Shown: in pieces, positions 1 to 9,359 of the stretch
How positions within the stretch are numbered: the first letter of the stretch is position 1
Layout: each line of letters starts with the position of its first letter
NCBI RefSeq assembly: GCF_028368995.1
Contig: NZ_JAQNDL010000005.1
Location: 544,001 to 608,000 of the forward strand
Direction of reading: 5' to 3'
Source of the DNA: Nannocystis bainbridge
GTDB taxonomy: Bacteria; Myxococcota_A; Polyangia; Nannocystales; Nannocystaceae
DNA length: 64,000 nucleotides
Translations under genes and position numbers: made by a program
Notes under the pieces: generated by a model
What the model was told of the DNA's origin: nothing
Seen by the model: only the letters and a program-made list of their open reading frames with translations
Database searches by the model: none

Positions 1-525
1 GCCGCCTTCGTCGCCCTCGCCGACGGCGGCCTCATCCGTGGCGACGTGCTCGACGTCGGCTGCGGCCCTGGCGACAACGCCCTCTTCATGGCTGAGCGGG
101 GTCACGACGTGTGGGGCGTCGACCTCGTGCCCGAGGCGATCGCGCGCGCCCAGGCCAAGGCCGGGGCGCGCGGGCTCGAAGTCCGCTTCCTCGTCCACGA
201 CGCCCTGAACCTCGCCGCGCTCGGCCGGCGCTTCGACACCCTGCTCGACTCCGGCCTCTTCCACGTGTTCGGCGACCGCGACCGCGTCCTCTACGTGCGC
301 TCGCTGGCCGACGCCATCCAGCCCGGCGGGCTGCTCCACATCCTCTGCTTCAGCGACGAGGAGGACGCCGAGCACGGCCCGCGGCGGATCGGCCAGGCCG
401 AGCTGCGCGACGCCTTCAAGGACGGCTGGACCGTCCGCGACATCCGCCCGGCCCGCTTCGCCAGCCTCGCGCACCCCGGCGGCGCGCGGGCCTGGTGCGC
501 CACGATCGAGCGCGCCGGCGAGTGA
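1..525 (+). CDS. Class I SAM-dependent methyltransferase (5' end outside window)
   Basis: Frame is open from base 1; SAM motif I VLDVGCGPGD, then GVDLVPEAIARA and FDTLLDSGLFH. Confidence 0.9.
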   Translation, partial: AAFVALADGGLIRGDVLDVGCGPGDNALFMAERGHDVWGVDLVPEAIARAQAKAGARGLEVRFLVHDALNLAALGRRFDTLLDSGLFHVFGDRDRVLYVRSLADAIQPGGLLHILCFSDEEDAEHGPRRIGQAELRDAFKDGWTVRDIRPARFASLAHPGGARAWCATIERAGE

Positions 526-711
526 CGCTGTTCGCCGCGATGCCGACCGCGCGGCAGCAGGCGCGCGCGCGGCCCTGACGGCCCGCTGGGGGATTCTCGT
601 GGCCGAACGCGACCCCGGCCCGCGAGTCGCGGCCAACCGCACGCTGCTCGCATTCTCGCCTGCGGTGATTCACCCTGGTCGCGCGCGCCCCCGGGTGTAA
701 CTTGCAGCCGC

Positions 712-1296
712 ATGAAAGCCCGCTCGCTCGCCGTCACGCTCTGTACCCTCGCGCTCGGCCTCGCCTCGACCGCCGCGCACGCCTCCAACTACCCGCCCGA
801 CTACGACATGTGCAGCCTCACCGAGACGCTGTACTCGGGGCCGTTCAAGGTGATCCGCGACTTCGTCGATCCGTGGGACGAGCACTACAAGCTCACCATC
901 GTCTACGACGGCTACCTGCGCGACAGCTACGCCGACGACCAGATCAACTTCTACGTGTCGGTCAACGGCAACAACGCCATGCTCGACGCCCTGCCCGGCG
1001 CCAACGACGACGCCTACGTGTTCCTCGACTCCGGCCCGCGCGCCTGTCACTGGTGCCCCAACGGCCCCAACCCGAACAGCTCGTGCGCCAACGTCACCTT
1101 CGACCCGTACCAGAGCGGCAAGTGGCTCTGCAGCTACCCGAGCGCCGTCGAGAACCACCTGTTCTACTGGACCCACGACGAGTTCGGCGGGCTCAACGCG
1201 TGGGACCTCGAGCTCGCGGCCGAGGCCGGGGGCCAGTGGGACAGCAACTACGGCGGCAACTTCGACCTGCGCTTCGAGCCCAACACCTGCTGGTGA
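712..1296 (+). CDS. Secreted hypothetical protein
   Basis: Signal peptide MKARSLAVTLCTLALGLASTAAHA; strong GC3 codon bias; C-terminal WDSNYGGNF motif reminiscent of carbohydrate-binding modules. Confidence 0.85.
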   Translation: MKARSLAVTLCTLALGLASTAAHASNYPPDYDMCSLTETLYSGPFKVIRDFVDPWDEHYKLTIVYDGYLRDSYADDQINFYVSVNGNNAMLDALPGANDDAYVFLDSGPRACHWCPNGPNPNSSCANVTFDPYQSGKWLCSYPSAVENHLFYWTHDEFGGLNAWDLELAAEAGGQWDSNYGGNFDLRFEPNTCW

Positions 1297-1411
1297 ATGA
1301 CGGGTCCCGAAAGCGCGGTCGTGCGGCCGCCGGGCCCCACCCGCTCGCTCGCGCGCGTCCCTCGGGGCAATCACCACAGTCGCACCCACCCTCGCCGCGC
1401 GCGGGAGAATC

Positions 1412-1462
1412 GTCGCAGCGCCTACCCGCTTAAAGGCGGGTATACACTGCGACCATTCTTTT
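1412..1462 (+). terminator. Stem-loop with T-rich tail (terminator or attenuator) upstream of the amidohydrolase operon
   Basis: GTCGCAG(1412-18)/CTGCGAC(1447-53) and TACCCGC(1423-29)/GCGGGTA(1436-42) arms, followed by CATTCTTTT. Confidence 0.5.
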
Positions 1463-1487
1463 GCGAAGGTCCGTGCGGACCTCGCCG

Positions 1488-3281
1488 ATGACAGCCCGCA
1501 CGGACGCCGACCTCTTCCTCTTCAACGGCAACATCACGACCATGGATCCGCGGGCCCCCGCGGCCACGGCGGCGGCGATCCAGAACGGGCGATTCGTCGC
1601 CGTCGGCGACGACGCGACCATCCTGGCCCGCGCCGGCGCCGGCCCGCGCATGATCGACCTGCGCGGCCGGCGGGCGATCCCCGGCCTCATCGATTCGCAC
1701 CTCCACCTCATCCGCGGCGGCCTGACCTACAACAGCGAATTGCGGTGGGACGGCGTCGCCTCGCTGTCCGAGGCGCTGCGGCGGCTGCGGGCCCAGGCCC
1801 AGATCACCCCGCCGCCGCAGTGGGTCCGCGTCGTCGGCGGCTGGTCGGAGTTTCAGTTCGCCGAGCGGCGCATGCCGACCCTCGACGAGCTCAACGCCGC
1901 CGCGCCCGACACCCCCGTGTTCGTGCTCCACCTCTATTCGCAGGCGCTGCTCAACCGCGCCGCGCTGCGGGCCGTCGGCTACACGCGCGACACGCCCGAC
2001 CCGCCCGGCGGCGTCATCCAGCGCGACCGTCACGGCGAGCCGACCGGCCTGCTCGTCGCCAAGCCCAACGCCTGGATCCTCTACGCCACCCTCGCCAAAG
2101 GCCCGCGGCTCGGCCTCGACGAGCAGCGCAACAGCACGCGTCATTTCATGCGCGAGCTCAACCGCCTCGGCATCACCGGGGCGATCGACGCCGGCGGCGG
2201 CTTTCAGCAGTACCCCGAGCACTACCAGATCGTCGAGGAGCTCGCGGCCGCCCGCCAGCTCACCGTGCGGATCGCCTACAACCTGTTCACCCAGCGCCCG
2301 GGCCAGGAGCTGGCCGACTTTCAGCAGTGGGCCGACAGCGTCGCTCCCGGCCGCGGCGACGATTATTACCGCCTCAACGGCGCCGGCGAGATGCTCGTCT
2401 ACTCGGCCGCCGACTTCGAGGACTTCCTCGAGCCGCGACCCGACCTCCCGCCGCACATGGAGGCCCAGCTCGGCGCCGTCGTCGAGCACCTGGTCGCCAA
2501 TCGCTGGCCGTTCCGCCTGCACGCCACCTACGACGAATCGATCGCCCGCATGCTCGACGTGTTCGAGGCCGTCGATCGCAAGGTCCCCTTCGCCGGCCTG
2601 CGGTGGTTCTTCGATCACGCCGAGACCGTGTCCCCGCGCAGCATCGACCGCATCGCCGCGCTCGGCGGCGGCATCGCCATCCAGCACCGCATGGCCTACC
2701 AGGGCGAGCATTTCCTGCGCCGCTACGGCCCCGAGGCCACCAGCGACGCCCCGCCGGTGAAGCGCATGCTGGCCGCCGGCATCCCCGTCGGCGGCGGCAC
2801 CGACGCCACGCGCGTCGCCAGCTACAACCCATGGGTCGGCCTCGCCTGGCTGGTCTCCGGCCGCAGCGTCGGCGGCACCGAGCTGCTCGGCCCTGGCGCC
2901 CGGCTGTCGCGCGAGCAGGCCCTGCGCCTCTACACCGCCAGCAACGGGTGGTTCTCCGGCGAGCACGGCCAGCGCGGCCTCGTCGCCGCGGGCTGCCTCG
3001 GCGACCTCGCCGTGCTGTCCGACGACTACTTCGCCGTGCCCGAGAGCCAGATCCGCGACCTCACCTCCGTGCTCACCGTGGTCGGCGGCGAAGTCGTGCA
3101 CGCCAGCGGCGAGTTCGGCGGCCTCGCCCCGCCGCCGCTGCCGTTCAGCCCCGACTGGGCCCCGCCCGCGCACCACGGCGGCTACGACCCCGGCCTCGTC
3201 GCCCACGCGCTCGGCCGCCGCGCCCACGCCCATCATCACCACCACCACTTCGGCCTCGCCTGCCCCTGCGCGGTGTTCTGA
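1488..3281 (+). CDS. Amidohydrolase 3 family (YtcJ-like) metallohydrolase
   Basis: PGLIDSHLH metal motif, RLHATY, FFDHAE and GGTDAT motifs; lies in the conserved amidohydrolase-ycaC-DUF1427-MFS neighbourhood. Confidence 0.93.
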   Translation: MTARTDADLFLFNGNITTMDPRAPAATAAAIQNGRFVAVGDDATILARAGAGPRMIDLRGRRAIPGLIDSHLHLIRGGLTYNSELRWDGVASLSEALRRLRAQAQITPPPQWVRVVGGWSEFQFAERRMPTLDELNAAAPDTPVFVLHLYSQALLNRAALRAVGYTRDTPDPPGGVIQRDRHGEPTGLLVAKPNAWILYATLAKGPRLGLDEQRNSTRHFMRELNRLGITGAIDAGGGFQQYPEHYQIVEELAAARQLTVRIAYNLFTQRPGQELADFQQWADSVAPGRGDDYYRLNGAGEMLVYSAADFEDFLEPRPDLPPHMEAQLGAVVEHLVANRWPFRLHATYDESIARMLDVFEAVDRKVPFAGLRWFFDHAETVSPRSIDRIAALGGGIAIQHRMAYQGEHFLRRYGPEATSDAPPVKRMLAAGIPVGGGTDATRVASYNPWVGLAWLVSGRSVGGTELLGPGARLSREQALRLYTASNGWFSGEHGQRGLVAAGCLGDLAVLSDDYFAVPESQIRDLTSVLTVVGGEVVHASGEFGGLAPPPLPFSPDWAPPAHHGGYDPGLVAHALGRRAHAHHHHHHFGLACPCAVF

Positions 3282-3285
3282 TCCC

Positions 3286-4875
3286 ATGCACCTGTCCTCG
3301 CGGACATACCAGGCGCCGCCCCGCGCCTGGCCGGGGGCTCGCGCGCCCGCAGCCCGGGCCGCCGCCCTGGCGGTCGCGCTCGGCGGCCCCGGCCTCGCCC
3401 GCGCCGAGCCGGCCGGCGGTCCGAACGGACATGTCCCCGGAGACATGCCGCATAGGCCAGGTTCGTTCGCACATGCCCACAAGGACATGTCCACGAAGCC
3501 AGCCTCGCCCGCCCAGGCCGCGGGCGCCAGCGAGGCCGCCGCGCTCGCCGGGCGCGGCGCCGGACCGCCCGCAGCCCCGCCGCCGTACCGCCTGCTGCGC
3601 GCCGACGAGGACTACCGCTACCTCCGCGACCCCCGGCGCCGCGTCGACTGGCTCGATCGCCTCAAGTACGTCCCGCTCGGCCCGCGCCGGCGGGTCGCGC
3701 TCGGCTTCGGCGGTGAGGCCCGCCAGCGCCTCGACAGCTTCCGCCACCTCGACTGGGGGGCAGGCCCGCCGCGCTCGCTGTCGTGGCTGCAGCGCTATAT
3801 GCTGCACGCCGAGCTGCGCGCCCCGAACTTCCGCGCCTTTGTCCAGCTCAAGAGCGCGCTCGAGCACGGCCGCCCCGGCGGCCCGCGGGACGTCGACCGC
3901 GACGACCTCGATTTCCACCAAGCCTTCGCCGAATTCGAGCACGAGCGCCCTGGCCTGCGCCTCGTCGTCCGCGCTGGCCGCCACGAGCTCGGATTCGGCT
4001 CGGGCCGGCTCGTGTCGCCGCGCGAGGGCCCCAACGTGCGCCGCAGCTTCGACGGCGTCTCGCTGATCGTCGCCGCCCGCCGCGTGCGCGCGCACCTGTT
4101 CATCACCCGCCCGGTCGCCACCCGCCCCGGCCTGTTCGACGACGGCTGGGAGCGCGGCCAGTGGTTCGCCGGCGCCCACCTCACCGTGCCCTCCCCGCTG
4201 CGCGGCGGCCAGGTCGACCTCTACGCGCTCTACCTCGACCGCCCCGGCGCCGTCTATCAGCGCGGCGCGGCCCACGAGCGGCGCCTGTCTCTCGGGACAC
4301 GTTGGTTCGGCGCCGCCGGCCGGCTCGACTACAACCTCGAGGCCGTGCTGCAGACCGGCACGTTCGGCGCCGCCCCGCTGCTCGCCTGGACCCTCGCCAG
4401 CGACACCGGCGTCGCCCTGCCGCTGCCGTGGCGCCCGCGGCTCGGCGTGCGCCTCGACGTCGCCTCCGGCGATCGCGGCGGCGATCGGCCGATGGGCACC
4501 TTCTCGCCGCTGTTCCCCAAGGGCTCCTACTTCGGCGAGGACGGCACTCTCGGCCCCGCCAACTTCTACGACCTCCACCCGATGCTGTCCCTCGCGCCGC
4601 TGCAGCGCCTGAGCCTCACCTTCGACTGGGTGTGCCTGTGGCGGTACAGCCGCGCCGACGGCGTCTACAACGTCCCCGGCGAGCCGCTCGTCGCCGACCT
4701 GAACCCCGAGCGCTTCATCGGTCACCGCGCCGGCGCCAACCTCGAGGTCGAGCTCGGCCGCCACATCGGCTTCGTCGTCACCCTCGGCCGGTTCTTCCGC
4801 GGCCCCTTCCTCGCCCGCGCCGGCCGCCCGCGCGACCTCGACTTCATCGCCACCTGGCTGACCCTCAAGTTCTGA
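3286..4875 (+). CDS. Alginate export family outer-membrane beta-barrel protein
   Basis: YRLLRADEDY...LKYVPL N-terminal motif, GRHELGFGSGRLVSPREGPNVRRSFDG, terminal Phe (LTLKF); start codon uncertain. Confidence 0.88.
   Translation: MHLSSRTYQAPPRAWPGARAPAARAAALAVALGGPGLARAEPAGGPNGHVPGDMPHRPGSFAHAHKDMSTKPASPAQAAGASEAAALAGRGAGPPAAPPPYRLLRADEDYRYLRDPRRRVDWLDRLKYVPLGPRRRVALGFGGEARQRLDSFRHLDWGAGPPRSLSWLQRYMLHAELRAPNFRAFVQLKSALEHGRPGGPRDVDRDDLDFHQAFAEFEHERPGLRLVVRAGRHELGFGSGRLVSPREGPNVRRSFDGVSLIVAARRVRAHLFITRPVATRPGLFDDGWERGQWFAGAHLTVPSPLRGGQVDLYALYLDRPGAVYQRGAAHERRLSLGTRWFGAAGRLDYNLEAVLQTGTFGAAPLLAWTLASDTGVALPLPWRPRLGVRLDVASGDRGGDRPMGTFSPLFPKGSYFGEDGTLGPANFYDLHPMLSLAPLQRLSLTFDWVCLWRYSRADGVYNVPGEPLVADLNPERFIGHRAGANLEVELGRHIGFVVTLGRFFRGPFLARAGRPRDLDFIATWLTLKF
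3290..3309. repeat. ACATGT-N8-ACATGT element copy
   Basis: ACCTGT-CCTCGCGG-ACATAC, 8 nt after the amidohydrolase stop. Confidence 0.65.
3421..3504. repeat. 14-bp-period array of the ACATGT element inside the porin ORF
   Basis: Hexamers at 3429 ACATGT, 3443 ACATGC, 3457 CCAGGT, 3471 ACATGC, 3485 ACATGT and 3499 CCAGCC. Confidence 0.8.
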
Positions 4876-4921
4876 CTCCTGTCATTTGCCAATCACACCA
4901 ATCACCCAAGGTCCATTCATC

Positions 4922-5578
4922 ATGCCCACCGCCACCGCCACGCCCGCCCGCTCGCTGCTCACCCCGCGCGACCACACCCTCATCCTCATCGATCACCAGC
5001 CGCAGATGGCCTTCGCCACCCGCTCGATCGACGCCGTCCTGCTGCGCAACAACGCCGCCATGGCCGCCCGCGCCGCCCGCATCTTCGAGGTCGCCACCAT
5101 CCTCACCACCGTCGCCGAGAAGACCTTCTCCGGCCCGATCTTCGCCGAGATCGCCGCCGCCCAGCCCGGGCACGACATCCTCGATCGCACCACCATGAAT
5201 TGCTGGGAGGACGCCAGCGTGGTCGCCCGCGTCAATCAGCTCGGCCACTCGCGGATCGTCATCGCCGGCCTGTGGACCTCCGTCTGCATCGTCGGCCCCG
5301 TGCTCTCCGCGCTCGAGCAGGGCTTCGAGGTCTACGTGATCACCGACGCTTGCGGCGACGTGTCCGAGGAGGCCCACGAGCGCGCCGTCACCCGCATGGT
5401 CCAGGCCGGCGCGCGCCCGCTGACGGCCCTGCAGTACCTGCTCGAGCTCCAGCGCGACTGGGCCCGCGGCGACACCTACGGCGCCGTCACCGGCCTCGCC
5501 GCCGAGCTGGGCGGCGCCTACGGCCTCGGGATCATCTACGCCAAGGCCATGTTCGGCGGCTCCGAAGGCGGCCACTAG
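4922..5578 (+). CDS. ycaC: YcaC-like isochorismatase-family cysteine hydrolase
   Basis: LIDHQPQM, DRTTMNCWED, AGLWTSVC (Asp/Arg/Cys triad) and ELQRDWAR. Confidence 0.92.
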   Translation: MPTATATPARSLLTPRDHTLILIDHQPQMAFATRSIDAVLLRNNAAMAARAARIFEVATILTTVAEKTFSGPIFAEIAAAQPGHDILDRTTMNCWEDASVVARVNQLGHSRIVIAGLWTSVCIVGPVLSALEQGFEVYVITDACGDVSEEAHERAVTRMVQAGARPLTALQYLLELQRDWARGDTYGAVTGLAAELGGAYGLGIIYAKAMFGGSEGGH

Positions 5579-5584
5579 GCGGCC

Positions 5585-5848
5585 ATGAAGCTCTACCTGC
5601 TCTCTCTGGGCGTCGGCGTGCTCGTCGGCGTCCTCTACGGCGCGCTCAACGTGCGCTCGCCGGCGCCGCCGATCGTCGCCCTGCTCGGGCTGTTCGGCAT
5701 GCTGCTCGGCGAGCAGGTCGGGCCGGTCGCGCGGCGCATCCTCGCCGGCCAGCCATTGACGGCCGCGTGGTTCTCCCGCGAGTGTACGCCCAAGATCACC
5801 GGCGTGACCGCGCCCGAGCCCGACCATGGCGACCCCGTTTCCCGCTGA
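5585..5848 (+). CDS. DUF1427 / XapX-domain small membrane protein
   Basis: GVLYGALNVRSPAPPIVALLGLFGMLLGEQ signature. Confidence 0.9.
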   Translation: MKLYLLSLGVGVLVGVLYGALNVRSPAPPIVALLGLFGMLLGEQVGPVARRILAGQPLTAAWFSRECTPKITGVTAPEPDHGDPVSR

Positions 5849-7454
5849 ATCACCACCCTCCGTCTCGGCCTGGGCGCCGCTGCGTCACCGCGTGTTCCGC
5901 TCGCTGTGGCTCGGCGCGCTCGGCTCCAACATCGCCTTGTGGGTGCAGAACGCCGTCGGCAGCTGGGACATGACCACCCTCGCCGACGCCCCGATCTACG
6001 TCGCCCTGCTGCAGACCATGTCCGGCGCCCCGGTCCTGCTCGTCGGCCTGCCCGCGGCCGCCTTCGCCGACCTCTTCGATCGCCGCGGTCTCCTGGTCGG
6101 CTTCGCCGCCTGGATGGCCGCCGTCTCGCTGGTCCTCGCCGCCCTCTCCTTCACCGGCGCGCTCGGCCCCGCCGCCCTGCTCGCTGCCACCTTCGCGCTC
6201 GGCCTCGGCGCCGCGCTCTCGGCCCCGCTGTGGCAATCGGTGCTGCCGTCGCAGGTCGCCGCCAGCGAGCTCGCCTCCGCCGTCACCCTCGGCGGCGTCG
6301 CCGTCAACCTCGCCCGCGCCGTCGGCCCCGCGCTCGGCGGCGTCGGCGTGGCCCTCCTCGGCAGCGGCGCCGTCTATGCCTTCAACGCCTGCCTGTTCAC
6401 GCTCGTCGTCGTCCAGGTGCTGCGCTGGCGACCCGAGCGCGAGCGCCCGCCGCAGAGCCCCGAGCGGGTCGTCGGGGCCATCGTCGCCGGCCTGCGCTTC
6501 GCTGGCCACGCCCCGGTGCTGCGCGCCGTGATCGCCCGCGCCGGCGCCTTCATCGTCTGCGGCAGCGCCTTATGGGCCCTGTTGCCGGTGATCGCTCGCC
6601 GCGAGCTGCACATGAGCCCCCTGCGGTTCGGCGCCCTGCTCGGCTGCGTCGGCGCCGGCGCCCTGCTCGGCGCCGCCGTCATGCCGCGCCTGCGCGCCCG
6701 CTGGGGCCCCGATCGCCTGACCCTCGCCGCCAGCCTCGCCTACGCCGCCACCATGCTCGCGCTCGGCTTCGTGCGCAGCGAGGCCCTCCTGTACCTCTCC
6801 ATGCTCGCCACGGGCGTCGCCTGGATCAGCATCATGTCGAGCCTCAACGTCGCCGCCGCCTCGGCCGCCCCCGGGTGGGTCCACGCGCGCGCGCTCGGCC
6901 TCTATTTATTGGTGTTTCAAGGCGGCCTCGCGCTCGGCAGCCTCGCCTGGGGCAGCCTCGCCGGCCTGCTCGGCCCGCCGCGCACCCTCGCCATCGCCGC
7001 CGCCGGCGTCGCTCTCGGCGCCCTCGTGACCGTGCGCTGGCGCCTCGGCGACGCTCGCCGCGAGGCCTTCGCGTCGTGGAGCGCCTGGCCCGAGCCCGTC
7101 GTGCTCGGCGCCGACCTCGACCACGAAGCCGGCCCCGTGCTCATCGTCCGCCGCCACCGCGTCCCCGCGGCCCACCGCGCCGAGTTCCTGCGGCTCTGCC
7201 AGGCGCTCGAGCACCTGCGCCGGCGCGACGGCGCCCGCGAGTGGTCGCTCTACGAGGACCTCGCCGACCCCGACCTCTTCGTCGAGACCTTCACCCTCGC
7301 CTCGTGGTCCGAGCACCTGCGCCAGCACGCCCGCGCCGTGGTCGCCGACCAATCCTTGCTCACTCGCCTCGCCGCCCTCGCCGAGGACGCCGGCGTCACC
7401 CACCTCGTCGACGCCCGCGCCCTCGCAGCCGCCCGCGCCCGCGCCCCGCAGTGA
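5826..7454 (+). CDS. MFS transporter (MFS_3 type) with C-terminal alpha/beta domain
   Basis: About 12 hydrophobic segments; ADLFDRR and NLARAVGPALGG; C-terminal RRRDGAREW...WSEHLRQHAR. Confidence 0.93.
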   Translation: MATPFPAESPPSVSAWAPLRHRVFRSLWLGALGSNIALWVQNAVGSWDMTTLADAPIYVALLQTMSGAPVLLVGLPAAAFADLFDRRGLLVGFAAWMAAVSLVLAALSFTGALGPAALLAATFALGLGAALSAPLWQSVLPSQVAASELASAVTLGGVAVNLARAVGPALGGVGVALLGSGAVYAFNACLFTLVVVQVLRWRPERERPPQSPERVVGAIVAGLRFAGHAPVLRAVIARAGAFIVCGSALWALLPVIARRELHMSPLRFGALLGCVGAGALLGAAVMPRLRARWGPDRLTLAASLAYAATMLALGFVRSEALLYLSMLATGVAWISIMSSLNVAAASAAPGWVHARALGLYLLVFQGGLALGSLAWGSLAGLLGPPRTLAIAAAGVALGALVTVRWRLGDARREAFASWSAWPEPVVLGADLDHEAGPVLIVRRHRVPAAHRAEFLRLCQALEHLRRRDGAREWSLYEDLADPDLFVETFTLASWSEHLRQHARAVVADQSLLTRLAALAEDAGVTHLVDARALAAARARAPQ

Positions 7455-7590
7455 AGCTCCATCGCAGCGCGACGCGGTGCGAAGGCATCGCCCGAGAGCA
7501 GGGCGAGCCCAAGGCGGTCACCACGCATTCGTCGCAGCGAGGCCCTGTCGCGTGATGGACGGTCTGCCTCCACAAGGCCGCCGGGGTCTC

Positions 7591-7941
7591 CTAACGAAAG
7601 GGCCGCCAGAGATCTCGTGCTTGTCCCTCAATCGTTCTTATGGGGCCGAATAGATCCTCGAGGCGTTGAAATAATGTGTAGAACTCAAAGAAGAAGACCT
7701 CATCAGACCACGCGTTCGCTCGAGTGGTTGCGACGAGCCGGAGCTCCTTCGGTGTTGCGCCGCGGGCCAGTTCGATATGCAGACGAGGTTGGTCGAGCTT
7801 CGCCGACGAGAGCACCGCGTCCGCGACTGGCATCTCGAATTCGAAGGTCCAGTGCCTTGCCCAACTGCCATCAGGTCCGCCAATCCAGTCGGGCCAGGGG
7901 TTCAGAATGATGGGTGCGCTATCGTACCCGTCGGTGCTCAT
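7591..7941 (-). CDS. Hypothetical protein with visibly lower GC (possible orphan immunity gene)
   Basis: 116-aa ORF, GAGAGGA RBS just upstream, non-biased protein composition, more AT-rich than its flanks. Confidence 0.6.
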   Translation of the reverse strand: MSTDGYDSAPIILNPWPDWIGGPDGSWARHWTFEFEMPVADAVLSSAKLDQPRLHIELARGATPKELRLVATTRANAWSDEVFFFEFYTLFQRLEDLFGPIRTIEGQARDLWRPFR

Positions 7942-8721
7942 GATCCTCTCTCCCGCGCAAGGCCGAATGTGGGCTCACGACCACTCTAGCAGCCCTCAAG
8001 TGGAGCTCACTGCGACCGCGGCGGTCGAGGGGGCTGCCGCGTGCACGACCCGCCATGGGCGCCTCCCGGGCCCCACGATCAGCGAGCGATTCCACGCATC
8101 CCCCGGGCCACCGCCTCTCGCCACCTCCGAACCCGGCTTCGACCACCACCCTTGAATCATTCTCGCGCATGCGAATGGCGGAACTTGCGCGGTTCCCCGA
8201 ACCATCTTCCAAGTCCTCGCCCGCCCACCCAGCGCATCCTGCGCGCTCCCGGCTCGAGCAGCCCGGTCCGCAAGTTTTACCCGCTCTCTGCAGGGACTTT
8301 CGCGAGCCCTGGCGGCCCTCGCGGTGCAAATCGCTGGTGCCCCGGGGCATCGCCCCCCGCACCTTCCGCGGCGCTCGCAGCCCGCGCCGGCGAGCAATGC
8401 CCCCGGTGCTAAGCGCGGCCGCGAGCGATTGTGAGCATTCCAGCGAGCTCGGGCACGCGAATCGGCGCGCCGTCCCCTGTGCCCGGACGCATGAACCCGC
8501 GCCCTCGCGAATGCGAGCACCGCCCCGACGATCCAGCCCACCCAGCCGGGCCCGTCGATCATGACAGCCTCGCCACGCTCCTCCCCCCGAACCCCGCGCG
8601 AACGCCCTCGTGCCCCCGCACCGCCCCTCGCGTGGGGCCGCGCGCGGTCACTGGCACTGTCTTGATCGAATATTGATACCTGACGTCGGGGACAGCCGCC
8701 GAGCGGCCTCTGCCGCGCCTG

Positions 8722-8883
8722 CTAGCCGAACAGCAGGCCCGCGGCCAGCATCACCGCGAAGCCCGCGAGGAAGATGTAGAAGAGGACCTGCGCCAGGTGG
8801 ACCGCGAACACCGTGATGCCGCCGAAGCCGAAGAACGCAGCGGCCAGCGAGATGAGAAGGAAGATGAGCGCCCAGCGAAGCAT
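8722..8883 (-). CDS. DUF1328 family small membrane protein
   Basis: MLRWALIFLLISLAAAFFGFGGI...AQVLFYIFL (53 aa), preceded by an AGAGGA RBS. Confidence 0.88.
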   Translation of the reverse strand: MLRWALIFLLISLAAAFFGFGGITVFAVHLAQVLFYIFLAGFAVMLAAGLLFG

Positions 8884-9359
8884 GTCCGAATCCTCTTGAG
8901 CCACGTATTTTCGGATCGCCGACAGGCGCAACCCGGTTCGTGGGGCCCACGAGGGACACCCGTTCTTTCGCCTCCCAGGCCCATCTCCGGGCCTTTCTCC
9001 GGCTCGCGGGCGTTCGTCCGCGCACGGGGCGCGGCCGCCCGGGCTTGCCACCGACCGCGCGCCCCTCCTCTCCGATCGCCGCGAAGCGCCTCCCTTCGGC
9101 CCTCCGCGGCCGAAAACCGCCCTCGACCCCGCGCGCGGGTCCGCTGGGCGCTTCGGACCCCACGCGTGTCCGCGAAAAAAGTTGCCGTGCCCGGCATTGA
9201 CATCCGTCCGGGCCCCGATCACGTCTCGATCATCACCACCGAGCGCCGGGAACAAGGTTCTCCCCGGAGCGAGGGCAGGATCCGCGGCTCGGCCTCGATC
9301 GCCGGCAAGCCGCACGGACCGCGGCGAATGACGCCCGGATTATGGAAGGAGCCGACACC

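Noticed and set aside
8652-8666. Sigma-54 promoter TGGCAC...TTGA
   Set aside because: Spacing is one base short and the -12 GC is absent
7950-8700. ncRNA or toxin gene in the long intergenic region
   Set aside because: No recognisable RNA family structure or credible ORF by eye; an Rfam search would be needed
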